The notes beneath the pieces are model-generated. The model made no database searches, was not told where the DNA came from, and worked only from the letters and a program-made list of their open reading frames with translations. Shown piece by piece: positions 30,553 to 39,644 of a stretch of DNA of 64,000 bases (position 1 is its first letter; every line of letters begins with the position of its first letter). Location: NCBI GenBank assembly GCA_965248265.1, contig CBDFJF010000001.1, forward strand, positions 1,600,001 through 1,664,000, in the 5' to 3' direction. This DNA comes from Candidatus Latescibacterota bacterium (GTDB lineage: Bacteria; Latescibacterota; UBA2968; UBA8231). The translations under genes were made by a program, and so were the position numbers.

Positions 30553-31316
30553 ATGCGCTACCTGGTAAAGCTATTCTCACTCGAAGGCAAGCTGGCAGTC
30601 GTAACCGGCGGTAGCCGCGGCCTGGGAAGGGGTATGGCCGAGGCCCTGCTGAACGCTGGGCTGAGGTGATCCTGGTCAGCACGGATGAAGACCGGCTGCA
30701 GGCCACGACCAACGAATTCGCCTCCGCCGGGCTCAAAGCCATCGCTCATCGCTGCGACCTGTCATCCGCCGAAGAAATCGAGCGACTGTGCGACACGATC
30801 GAAGGTGCTCACGACTGCCTGGATATCCTCGTCACGCCGGCGTCACCAACGGCTGGGATCAAGTGCTACAGTATCCGGATGAAGCGTGGGAACGAACCCT
30901 GAAGATCAACCTGGAGGCACCGTTCAGATTGTGCCGCAGGTTGGCTCGACTGATGACGAAGGATGGGGGCTCGATCATCAATATCACCAGCCTGGCAGCC
31001 GAACGCGGAGCTCCCGACAATCCCGCCTACGGCGCCGCAAAAGAAGTCGATGACCCGATCCCTGGCCGTCAGCCTTGGCAAGTATGGAATCCGCGTGAAC
31101 AACATCGGTCCCGGGTACATTCAGACCGACATGACCGGCCTGAGCTGGAACGACCCGGCATTGCGCGAACGCCGTCGCCAGTCGACGATCCTCAAGCGCT
31201 GGGGCCAGCCGGACGACCTGGCAGGCGTGGTCGTGCTCCTGGCTTCTGAGGCATCCAGCTACATCACCGGTCAGGACCTCTACGTCGACGGCGGTTGGCT
31301 GAGCAATTTCGACTGA
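30553..31316 (+). pseudogene. SDR (gluconate 5-dehydrogenase/KduD-like) with three frameshifts
   Basis: LFSLEGKLAVVTGGSRGLG | VILVS...LDILV | AGVT...YGAAK | SMTRSLAV...VDGGW lie in successive frames. Confidence 0.85.
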
Positions 31317-31333
31317 ATACCAGTGGATCACCG

Positions 31334-32473
31334 ATGGGCAAACTGTACAAGATCCTCCTCCTGTTTTTCAGTGGAGTCCTTTCCCTGCTCGCAGTGGAGA
31401 TGTTTCTGCGCGGAGTCATACCGTTCCGATACGTGCATCGCCATCCGGAATTCGTGGTGGAGTCCGTTCATCCCGAGGACGACAGGATGTACATGGCCGA
31501 GCCGATGTTTGGCGCTGGCCTGCGCTACGTAGATACCACCTGGAAGTACGGCTTGAAACGAGACCTGCGAGCTCGGTTCCTGTCTTCGGAATATGATACC
31601 GAGTTCAACACCAATTCAAAGGGGCTTCGCGGACCTGAACTCGAGAAGCCGGGCGAGCACGGACGCATTCTCGGTGTCGGTGACAGCTTCACCATGGGCT
31701 ATGGAGTCGAGCAAGAAGAGACCTACCTCACGATACTCGCCAGAGAGCTGGGAACTCCGCGGACACCGCTTGAGACAGTGAATGCCGGTGTCGTCGGCTA
31801 TACTCCCGGAAACAGTTATCAGTACCTGGTCAACGAAGGGTTGGCCTTGGATCCAGACTACCTGGTGTTCCAGCTATGGGTGGGAGACGACCTGTGCGCT
31901 GGTTCCAGCGTCGGCCGGCCGCGTCCATACGGAACGCTATCTGAGCGGAAACGGTGGCGCTACCTTGCACGGAAATCACATCTGATCATGTTCATCCGTG
32001 ACAGACTGCGAGGCAATGACGTCGCGAGGGGTTGGTTGTTGAGCCGAGGATACCTGACTCCATTCAGCACGCCAGTGTTGCTTGGAGGCTCTATCGCACG
32101 GAGATGTCGTGGTCAGCTCCGGCAACTCCGGGAGATGCTCGTTGATATAGAGACGCGAAGCCGGTCGTCCGATACCAAACTGATAGTCCTGCTGATACCC
32201 GTTCGCGAACAGGTCTATACATCGGACTGGGAGTTGGCCCTCAACTACAACGGTTTGCCTGAAGACACGTTTGTTGACGCGGAATCGCCTGGCCACGCGG
32301 TCGCAGAGGTCCTGGAGGGTACCGGCGTAGCCCTGGTTGACGCGCTGGACGTTTTGCGTTCCCACGACACTGACACTCGTTTGTACTTCGCATGGGATCC
32401 GCATTTGACCCCTGCGGGACACGAGGTGATAGCTCGGGAACTGGCTCTTCGTTTCGTGCAGCTGGACGGGTAA
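31334..32473 (+). CDS. Membrane-anchored SGNH/GDSL hydrolase (AlgX/AlgJ-like)
   Basis: N-terminal TM segment, NSKGLRG, GDSFTMG, NAGVVG and DPHLTPAGH motifs. Confidence 0.85.
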   Translation: MGKLYKILLLFFSGVLSLLAVEMFLRGVIPFRYVHRHPEFVVESVHPEDDRMYMAEPMFGAGLRYVDTTWKYGLKRDLRARFLSSEYDTEFNTNSKGLRGPELEKPGEHGRILGVGDSFTMGYGVEQEETYLTILARELGTPRTPLETVNAGVVGYTPGNSYQYLVNEGLALDPDYLVFQLWVGDDLCAGSSVGRPRPYGTLSERKRWRYLARKSHLIMFIRDRLRGNDVARGWLLSRGYLTPFSTPVLLGGSIARRCRGQLRQLREMLVDIETRSRSSDTKLIVLLIPVREQVYTSDWELALNYNGLPEDTFVDAESPGHAVAEVLEGTGVALVDALDVLRSHDTDTRLYFAWDPHLTPAGHEVIARELALRFVQLDG

Positions 32474-32487
32474 CGCGAGCCTGGCGA

Positions 32488-32988
32488 CTACGGCCGCTTC
32501 GTGCCGGCTCGCATCGCCCCTATGTCCTGAGTGGTAGTCTGCTGGTACATCGTCCCGCCCACTGTGATGTTGGTGCCAAAGTCGACAATATTCACCCCGT
32601 CGAAGATGTCCACCGGCAGATCTTGTTGGCCCTCGAGGGTATAGTGTTGGCCTCCTTCGCGGAAGAGGTCCAACGTTCCATCTTCGTAGATGTAGCGGCC
32701 AAAGGAATGGAACAGGTATTGACCATCAGGAGGGATGAGTCTGGGATTGCTGGCCTCGAGCACAACCGTGCAGTAGGAGTACCCACCGTCGGAGAATTCA
32801 ACCTGGTCACCGGTAAAATGCCACCACGTGAGCGTGGAGTAGTCCTCGTAGACGCCATCCACACGGGTCATTTTGTTTTCGACCGAGTAGAAAACACGGC
32901 CGTCTAGCGCGGTCCCTTCGTTCGGTTGCGTGGGCGAGTCGCCGCAGGCGACCAGTGAAACGACCAGGAAAAGCAGAAGAGCAGCCAT
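32488..32988 (-). CDS. Hypothetical lipoprotein
   Basis: Signal peptide with lipobox LVA-C. RBS GGAGG upstream. Confidence 0.7.
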   Translation of the reverse strand: MAALLLFLVVSLVACGDSPTQPNEGTALDGRVFYSVENKMTRVDGVYEDYSTLTWWHFTGDQVEFSDGGYSYCTVVLEASNPRLIPPDGQYLFHSFGRYIYEDGTLDLFREGGQHYTLEGQQDLPVDIFDGVNIVDFGTNITVGGTMYQQTTTQDIGAMRAGTKRP

Positions 32989-33042
32989 GCGATACCTCCA
33001 TGTAGAGGTTCAAAAGCAAACCCTTGCCCAACCAAACCCCGT

Positions 33043-33077
33043 GGGAAATCCGTTCCCCTTAATGGAAATTGGTTCCA
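33043..33077. promoter_or_regulatory. Two tandem GGAA-N5-TTCC dyads 20 bp apart; candidate transcription-factor operator pair
   Basis: GGGAAATCCGTTCCC (33043-57) and TGGAAATTGGTTCCA (33063-77) between divergent genes. Confidence 0.5.
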
Positions 33078-33276
33078 CTGCTGAAGGCGGTCTGCGCTCT
33101 TGCGTTTCCGCCTCAGGCGACCCCTGTCTAAGGAGCCCCTGCATCGCCATGGTCGCAAAACGCGGGCCACAAGGACTCAGAGGACATATCCGACCTTGCG
33201 TTACCTGGCTCCAAGCCCGTTTATCAGTCACTATTCATAGGCGCCCGCAGGGCGCACCGGTCCGAAAAAGGAGACC

Positions 33277-34620
33277 ATGATGAAGGATTCAAGAACCCGT
33301 AGTGTCGATCGATCGATCGAGCTCACCAAACGAGCTGAAGCCATCATCCCCGGGGTTTCGCAACTGATCAGCCGACGCCCGCGCCGGGCGGCGAGCGGTG
33401 TGAGTCCGGCCTTCGCGGAGCGCGCCAAGGGATGCAGGATCTGGGATGTCGACGGCAACGAGTACGTCGATTGGACCAGCGGCGTGGGACCGATCATTCT
33501 CGGGTACGCGGACGATGTCGTCGACGAGGCGGTAAAGGAGCAGATCTCGAAAGGGTCGCTTTACAGCATCCTGCACGAGTCGGAGATCGAGCTGGCCGAA
33601 GAGCTGATCAAGATCGTGCCCTCAGCTGAGATGGTCCGCTTCGCCAAAGGTGGAGGTGAAGCCTGTACGGTAGCGGTGCGGATCGCCCGTGGTGTAACGC
33701 GAAGAGACAGGGTTCTGTTCAGCGGTTACCACGGATGGCACGATTGGTACCTGGCTGCGAATCTGAGCCCGAGCAGTCTCGACAACCACCTCTTTCCGGG
33801 TATCGAGCCGATTGGAGTGCCCAGGGCCCTGGAAGGCACTTCGATTCCGTTCGAGTACGACAACCTGAACATGCTGGAGGATCTCCTCAAGGCGAATGAC
33901 GGCGAAGTCGCCTGCATCATCATGGAACCGATGCGCTCGGAAATCCCTTCTGAAGGATATCTGCAGGGGGTTCGCGACCTCGCCACCAGACACGGAGTGG
34001 TTTTGATTTTCGATGAAGTTTCCTCCGGATTCCGCATCGCGCTGGGTGGCGTTCAGGAGTATACGGGTGTCACCCCCGACATGTCCGTGTTTGCCAAGGC
34101 CATCTCGAATGGTTATCCGATGGCGGCCGTCGTCGGCAGCCGCGAATTCATGGCCCCCGCAGAGCAGATGTTTATCTCCAGCGCCTACTGGGATGATGTC
34201 GTCGGTGTTGCGGCAGCGTTGGCGACCTTGAAGGAGCTGCAGCGGCGTGACGCAGTTGCGCATATTGCGCGAATCGGCGAGCAGTTCACTGCGCGTATCA
34301 ACGCAGCAGCAGCAGAGGCCGGACTCGACGCCGAAGCCTACGGGATAGCGGCTCACCCGGGAATCCGCTTCAACCTCGAGGATTCTGCGAAACAGAAACT
34401 GGTCCAGACCTTGTTTGTCCAGGAGAACGCCAAGCAGGGCGTCATTCTCTCGGCCGGCTCGTTCTTCAACTGCTCGCACGATGACGAGGCGCTGGAGCTG
34501 ACTGGAAACGCCGTACGAGAGAGCTTCTCAGTGATTCGTCAGGGACTGGAATCAGATGGACTGGAGGATTTGCTGGAGTCCCCTATCCAGCAGGATCTGT
34601 TCCGGCGAATGGTTCGGTGA
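33277..34620 (+). CDS. Class III PLP aminotransferase (glutamate-1-semialdehyde aminomutase-like)
   Basis: WDVDGNEYVD, GYHGWHDW, LIFDEV and FAKAISNGYP motifs. Confidence 0.88.
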   Translation: MMKDSRTRSVDRSIELTKRAEAIIPGVSQLISRRPRRAASGVSPAFAERAKGCRIWDVDGNEYVDWTSGVGPIILGYADDVVDEAVKEQISKGSLYSILHESEIELAEELIKIVPSAEMVRFAKGGGEACTVAVRIARGVTRRDRVLFSGYHGWHDWYLAANLSPSSLDNHLFPGIEPIGVPRALEGTSIPFEYDNLNMLEDLLKANDGEVACIIMEPMRSEIPSEGYLQGVRDLATRHGVVLIFDEVSSGFRIALGGVQEYTGVTPDMSVFAKAISNGYPMAAVVGSREFMAPAEQMFISSAYWDDVVGVAAALATLKELQRRDAVAHIARIGEQFTARINAAAAEAGLDAEAYGIAAHPGIRFNLEDSAKQKLVQTLFVQENAKQGVILSAGSFFNCSHDDEALELTGNAVRESFSVIRQGLESDGLEDLLESPIQQDLFRRMVR

Positions 34621-36359
34621 AGGATGGGCTCTCCGGGGCCCCGTCCACTTGGCGGACCGAGGTAACCGGAACAAAGCATGTGATCGCCGCCGGCCACCAC
34701 ATGGCGGCACAGGCCGGCTTCGAGATCCTGGAAGCCGGCGGTAACGCCATCGACGCTGGCGTCGCCGCGGGAATCACCCTCGGAGTGCTGGAGAGCGAGA
34801 TGGTCAACGTGGCCGGCGTCGCGCCGATCATGATCTATCTGGCCGACTCCAGAAAAGTCATCACCATCAGCGGCCTGGGCACCTGGCCTCAGGCCGCAAC
34901 GCTGGAGATGTTCGTCGAAACGTATGGCGGCCACATCCCCCCCGGTCTCCTGCGCACGGTAGTACCCGCGGCCCCCGACGCCTGGATCACTGCCCTCGAG
35001 CAATACGGCACCATGGGATTCGGCGACGTGGCCGCTTCGGCGATCCGCTTCGCTGCCGACGGCTTTCCGATGTACCCGTTCATGGCGGAGCGCATCACGG
35101 AGAGGGCTGACGATTTTCGCCGCTGGCCTTCCAATGCCGACATCTACCTGCCTGGCGGTAACCCCCCGAATGTCGGCGACCTCTTCCGACAAACCGACCT
35201 GGCGCGCTCGTTGCAGTACATGGCCGATGAAGAGCAAGCCGCCGCGGGTCAGGGACGCGCAGCCGGACTCCAGGCCGCGCGCCATGCCTTCTATCGCGGT
35301 GACCTGGCCGCAACCATCGTTGACTTCCACCACCAGCATGACGGCCTTCTAACGATGGAAGACATGGCCGGCTTCCGCGTCGGCATCGAAGCACCCGTCC
35401 ACACTCGCTTTGCCGGCGTCGACGTCTATGCCTGCGGTCCGTGGTGCCAGGGACCGGCGCTGCTGCAGATGCTCAGCATCCTCGAGGGGATCGACCTGAG
35501 TGAACTCGGCCACAACTCCCCTGCTTACCTGCACACGATGATCGAAGCCATGAAGCTGTCCCTGGCCGATCGCGAGCGCTTCTATGGCGATCCACGGTTT
35601 GTCGAGGTGCCCATGGACGCGCTGCTGGACCCCGATTACGCCGCGCAGCGACGTGCGCTGATCCGCCCGGGCTCAGCATCACCAGCATTGCCCGCAGCCG
35701 GCAACCCGAGCGGCTCCGAGTCTACCGGCGCCGCAATCGCCAACTCGAATGAGGCCGGCCCGCCGGATACCTCGCTGGACACATCCTACGTCTGCGTCGT
35801 GGACGGAGACGGCAACGCCTTCTCGGCAACTCCAAGCGACGTCTCCTATGACGCGCCGGTGATACCGGGAACCGGCCTTTGCCCGTCGTCGCGAGGCTCC
35901 CAGTCCTGGGCCGTACCCAGACATGCCTCGTGCGTGGTACCCGGCAAGCGACCCCGGCTGACGCCGTGCCCCGGAATGGCCATCAAGCCGGGCGAGTTCG
36001 TCATGCCGCTGGGCACCCCCGGTGGTGACGTGCAGACCCAGGCTATGCTCCAGACGCTCCTCAACGTCATCGTCTTCGGCATGAACCCGCAGCAAGCGGT
36101 CGAGCATCCGCGGGTCGCCACCCGCAGTGCCCCCAACTCCTTTGAACCGCATGACTCTGTGCCGGGACGGATCAACCTGGAACGCCGGTTGCCTGATTCC
36201 ACCGGCGATCAGCTGGCGCAGTGGGGCCACGGCGTCGACTGGTGGCCGGAGGCTAGCTGGCGGTCGGGTTCCGTCTGCATGATCAAGGCTGACCAGAAGA
36301 CCGGAGTGAAACGCGGCGCCAGCGATTTCCGCCGCCAGGCGTATGCCCTGGGCTCGTAG
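34617..36359 (+). CDS. ggt: Gamma-glutamyltransferase family Ntn hydrolase
   Basis: GGNAIDAG, DTSYVCVVD (nucleophile Thr), GKRPRLT and GTPGGD motifs. Confidence 0.92.
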   Translation: MKDGLSGAPSTWRTEVTGTKHVIAAGHHMAAQAGFEILEAGGNAIDAGVAAGITLGVLESEMVNVAGVAPIMIYLADSRKVITISGLGTWPQAATLEMFVETYGGHIPPGLLRTVVPAAPDAWITALEQYGTMGFGDVAASAIRFAADGFPMYPFMAERITERADDFRRWPSNADIYLPGGNPPNVGDLFRQTDLARSLQYMADEEQAAAGQGRAAGLQAARHAFYRGDLAATIVDFHHQHDGLLTMEDMAGFRVGIEAPVHTRFAGVDVYACGPWCQGPALLQMLSILEGIDLSELGHNSPAYLHTMIEAMKLSLADRERFYGDPRFVEVPMDALLDPDYAAQRRALIRPGSASPALPAAGNPSGSESTGAAIANSNEAGPPDTSLDTSYVCVVDGDGNAFSATPSDVSYDAPVIPGTGLCPSSRGSQSWAVPRHASCVVPGKRPRLTPCPGMAIKPGEFVMPLGTPGGDVQTQAMLQTLLNVIVFGMNPQQAVEHPRVATRSAPNSFEPHDSVPGRINLERRLPDSTGDQLAQWGHGVDWWPEASWRSGSVCMIKADQKTGVKRGASDFRRQAYALGS

Positions 36360-36448
36360 GTAATCAGCTGTAATAGACAAAGCCGCCCCTACCCTATATC
36401 CTCTTGCGGCTACCCGCGGGACTCGAAATAGAATGGAGTGATAGAGCG

Positions 36449-37468
36449 ATGAGTCATCTGTTCCCTACTGAATTGATAGGTAGTTACGCCCTGCCCAGCT
36501 GGTTGTGGATGGCGATCGAGCGCGCCGAGGAGCGTGGCGATCTGGGCGAATCGGATATCGAAGAGACCCTCAACGACGCCGTCAACATGGCCCTGCTCGA
36601 CCAGGAAAAGGCCGGCGTCGACGTGTTCACCGATGGCGAAATGCGTCGCCGTGACTTCATCCAGAATTTCTACGGCCTGATGAGTGGCCTCAACAAGATT
36701 TCGCCCAAGCGGGCTTTCGGCTCGGCCGGCTACGACCAGAACCCACGCTACGAAGTGACCGGCGGCGTCACAGCCCCCGATGGCCTGGGTATTGTCGAAG
36801 AGCTCGAGTACATGCGCACGCTGACCGACAAGCCCTGCAAGATCTGCGTGCCAGGCCCCATCACGCTGTCGCTGCCGCTGATCCTCAAAGGCGGCTACCA
36901 GGACAAAGAGGCGCTAATCAACGACATGGTTAGCATCGTCAACGCCGAGATGAAGGCATTGGTCGCGGCGGGCGCCACCTACCTGCAGGTGGACGAACCG
37001 CGCTACGCCACCACCCACGAGGACGCCAGGAAGCTGATTACTATCTATAACGAGACCCGCGCCGGCGTGGATGCCAGCGTCGGTTTGCATTTCTGTTTCG
37101 GGAACTTCAAGGGCAGGTCGCACGACAAGCGCGACTATTCCTACATCACACCCAACCTCGGCGACGCCGAGTGTGACCAGTTCAACTTCGAATTCGCCAA
37201 CCGGGAAAATGCTCAGATCGAGCTACTGGAGCAGCTGCCGCCGGACTGCCGCGTGGGAGTCGGCGTTGTTGATGTGAAGTCGTACTTCGTGGAAACACCG
37301 GAGCAGGTAGCTGCCAGCATCAGACTGGCCGTCGAGCACGTGGCCGCCGAGCGCATCGTCGTCACCCCAGACTGCGGTTTCAACCACTGCCCCCGCCATG
37401 TCGCCTTCGCCAAGATGCAGTCGATGGTGGCCGGTGCGGCCATCGTTCGAGCCGAACTGGCGGGGTAG
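36449..37468 (+). CDS. Cobalamin-independent methionine synthase catalytic (core MetE-like) domain protein
   Basis: IGSY, TDGEMRR, PGP, QVDEP and zinc ligands HFCFGN...E...TPDCG. Confidence 0.88.
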   Translation: MSHLFPTELIGSYALPSWLWMAIERAEERGDLGESDIEETLNDAVNMALLDQEKAGVDVFTDGEMRRRDFIQNFYGLMSGLNKISPKRAFGSAGYDQNPRYEVTGGVTAPDGLGIVEELEYMRTLTDKPCKICVPGPITLSLPLILKGGYQDKEALINDMVSIVNAEMKALVAAGATYLQVDEPRYATTHEDARKLITIYNETRAGVDASVGLHFCFGNFKGRSHDKRDYSYITPNLGDAECDQFNFEFANRENAQIELLEQLPPDCRVGVGVVDVKSYFVETPEQVAASIRLAVEHVAAERIVVTPDCGFNHCPRHVAFAKMQSMVAGAAIVRAELAG

Positions 37469-37489
37469 CTTCTACCTTAACCCACTCAC

Positions 37490-39319
37490 TCACACGCACA
37501 CTGGCTTATAGCTCAGCTTGACGGTGCCGTCGCCGTCGATGCTGGCGACCGTGTGCTTGCGAAAGTCTTCCTGCGTCTCCTTGAAGTCGTCGCGATTGTG
37601 CCCGCCGCGTGACTCCTTCCGCTCGATGGCACCCTGCATTATGACCCTTGCAACCCGAAGCATGTTGCGCAGCTCTCTGGCAGCACGGTAATCGTCGGCC
37701 TTCTCCAACCGGACGCGGCCAAATCTTGCCCACAGGTCCTCCATGGCGCTTAACCCCTGGGCCAGGACGTCATGAGTTCTGAAGACGCCGACGTTCTTCT
37801 CCATCAGATCCCGTAGATCCTCGCGTACCTTGGCGATTACCTCGTCACCCGCGTCGCTCATCATTTCGTCCAGCTCATCCCGCGTCGCCGTTGACACTTC
37901 ATCAGGCAGAGGCAGATAGTCGCGGTCCGCGATATCCCGCGTAACCATCGTCGCCGCCCGCCGACCGAAAACAAAAATCTCAAGGAGTGAGTTCGTTCCC
38001 AGTCGGTTGGCGCCATGCACGGAGGCGTTGGCCGCTTCGCCGGCCGCGTACAGCCCGCCAACCGTCTTCGGCTGGTAGTCCGGACTCCGCTGCTGCTCAT
38101 CGATGACGACACGGGTATCCAGATCGATCGGGATACCTCCCATCGTGTAGTGGGCCGTCGGCCTGATCGGGATCAGATCGTGTTGAGCGTCCAGACCCAA
38201 CTGCGTCTTGATCGACTCACAGGCGCCGGGTGTCCGCTCGTTGAGGTCCGGAATATGGCGCATGTCCAGATGCACGTATTTCGCCTCGGTCTCGCCGTTG
38301 AGAGCCACACCCCTGCCTTCAATGATCTCCAGATAAATCCCGCGTGAGACAATGTCCCTGGGAGCCAGCTCCAGACGCTCGTCGTACTTGTCCATGAAGC
38401 GTTCGCCGTTGGAGTTTAGCAGGTAGGCCCCTTCCGCCCTGGTCTTTTCCGATACCAGAAAACCCGGCCGAGGATCGCGAAACGGATGCGGGTCACGAAA
38501 GCCAGCCACCGTTTCCAACTCAATCTTGTCCAGCTCCCCCATCTTCACTGGAATCCCGGTCGGATGGAACTGAATGAACTCCATGTCCTGTACCGCGATG
38601 CCGGCATCCAACGCTAACGCGTAGCCATCTCCAGTGTTGTCCTCGGTGTTAGAGGTGTACGCGAATACCTGACCACAACCTCCCGTGGCCATGATCACGG
38701 CCCTGGTCTGAAAGATGTGGACGGTGTTGTCCTCCGTGTTGATGGCGACGATGCCAGCCACCTGGTCTCCCACGCGGATCAGTTGGGTGACAAAGTATCT
38801 CTCATAGAACTCGATGGGCGTCTTTCCTTCTTTCTCCCGTGACGCCTTGAGCTCTTGTAGTTTTCTCAGAATCGCCTCATGCAGGGACTCGCCCGTCTTG
38901 TCACCGACCGAGTGCCCGCGCGCCGCCGAGTGACCGCCGAATATCTTCAACCGAATCGATATCTTGTCCTCCTCTTTGTCGAAGTCCATGTCGTACTTGA
39001 TCATCAGCTCGCGCATGTCGTCGAGGACCTCAGGTGCATCCTTCACCAGGATGTCGGCAGCATCGGCGTCGACGAGGTAGTTGCCGCCCTGGATCGTGTC
39101 CTTGAGATGCAGCTCGAATGAATCAGGGCCGCCGCGCTGGGCTGCAATGCCTCCCTGGGCCTCGCGGGTGTGCGCCAACTTGAAAGGGACTTTGGAAAAA
39201 ATGGCTACCGGTATGTCCGCTTCTGCGAGCCCTCTCCCGGCCCGCAGACCCGCTCCCCCTGCCCCGATGATGGCGACGGGGATCTGATGGATGACTGGTG
39301 GTTGACGTAAACTCTCCAT
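37490..39319 (-). CDS. Succinate dehydrogenase/fumarate reductase flavoprotein-like protein (no Fe-S or anchor genes adjacent)
   Basis: GAGGAG, HTREAQGGI, QFHPT, LAPRDIVSR, HYTMGG, HGANRLG and ESRGGH motifs. Confidence 0.88.
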   Translation of the reverse strand: MESLRQPPVIHQIPVAIIGAGGAGLRAGRGLAEADIPVAIFSKVPFKLAHTREAQGGIAAQRGGPDSFELHLKDTIQGGNYLVDADAADILVKDAPEVLDDMRELMIKYDMDFDKEEDKISIRLKIFGGHSAARGHSVGDKTGESLHEAILRKLQELKASREKEGKTPIEFYERYFVTQLIRVGDQVAGIVAINTEDNTVHIFQTRAVIMATGGCGQVFAYTSNTEDNTGDGYALALDAGIAVQDMEFIQFHPTGIPVKMGELDKIELETVAGFRDPHPFRDPRPGFLVSEKTRAEGAYLLNSNGERFMDKYDERLELAPRDIVSRGIYLEIIEGRGVALNGETEAKYVHLDMRHIPDLNERTPGACESIKTQLGLDAQHDLIPIRPTAHYTMGGIPIDLDTRVVIDEQQRSPDYQPKTVGGLYAAGEAANASVHGANRLGTNSLLEIFVFGRRAATMVTRDIADRDYLPLPDEVSTATRDELDEMMSDAGDEVIAKVREDLRDLMEKNVGVFRTHDVLAQGLSAMEDLWARFGRVRLEKADDYRAARELRNMLRVARVIMQGAIERKESRGGHNRDDFKETQEDFRKHTVASIDGDGTVKLSYKPVCV

Positions 39320-39644
39320 GGGGTGTTGATTCCTTGCAGTATGGTCGCGATTCTGAAGCGGTTCAGTGTATTCGATCAGTGAACTGGATTAGAAATTAGG
39401 CTTCGCGAATCGGTTTCGCCAAAATCCTCATCGGCTTACTGTATCCAACAGCAACCATTCCCCTCAACGTGGGACGACATGATCGAGGGGATCGATCTGG
39501 CCTATTCCACCTTCAACACCCGTGCTGAGTCGAGTTCATCGTGCGCGAACCGACGGAAACCTCACGGGGCGACCAGGTCTACCACTACAGCAGATCGATT
39601 CGGTGGGAGTCGGTAAACGAGATCCTCAAGCTCTGACTGGTGTC

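Noticed and set aside
33277-34620. Calling this gene hemL
   Set aside because: GYHGWHDW and the gene context fit the wider GSA-aminomutase-like group. No tetrapyrrole genes nearby.
39400-39640. Coding-like remnant (WDDMIEGIDLAYSTFNTR) between the SdhA-like and ThuA-Gfo genes
   Set aside because: No start/RBS context or family that I can recognise.
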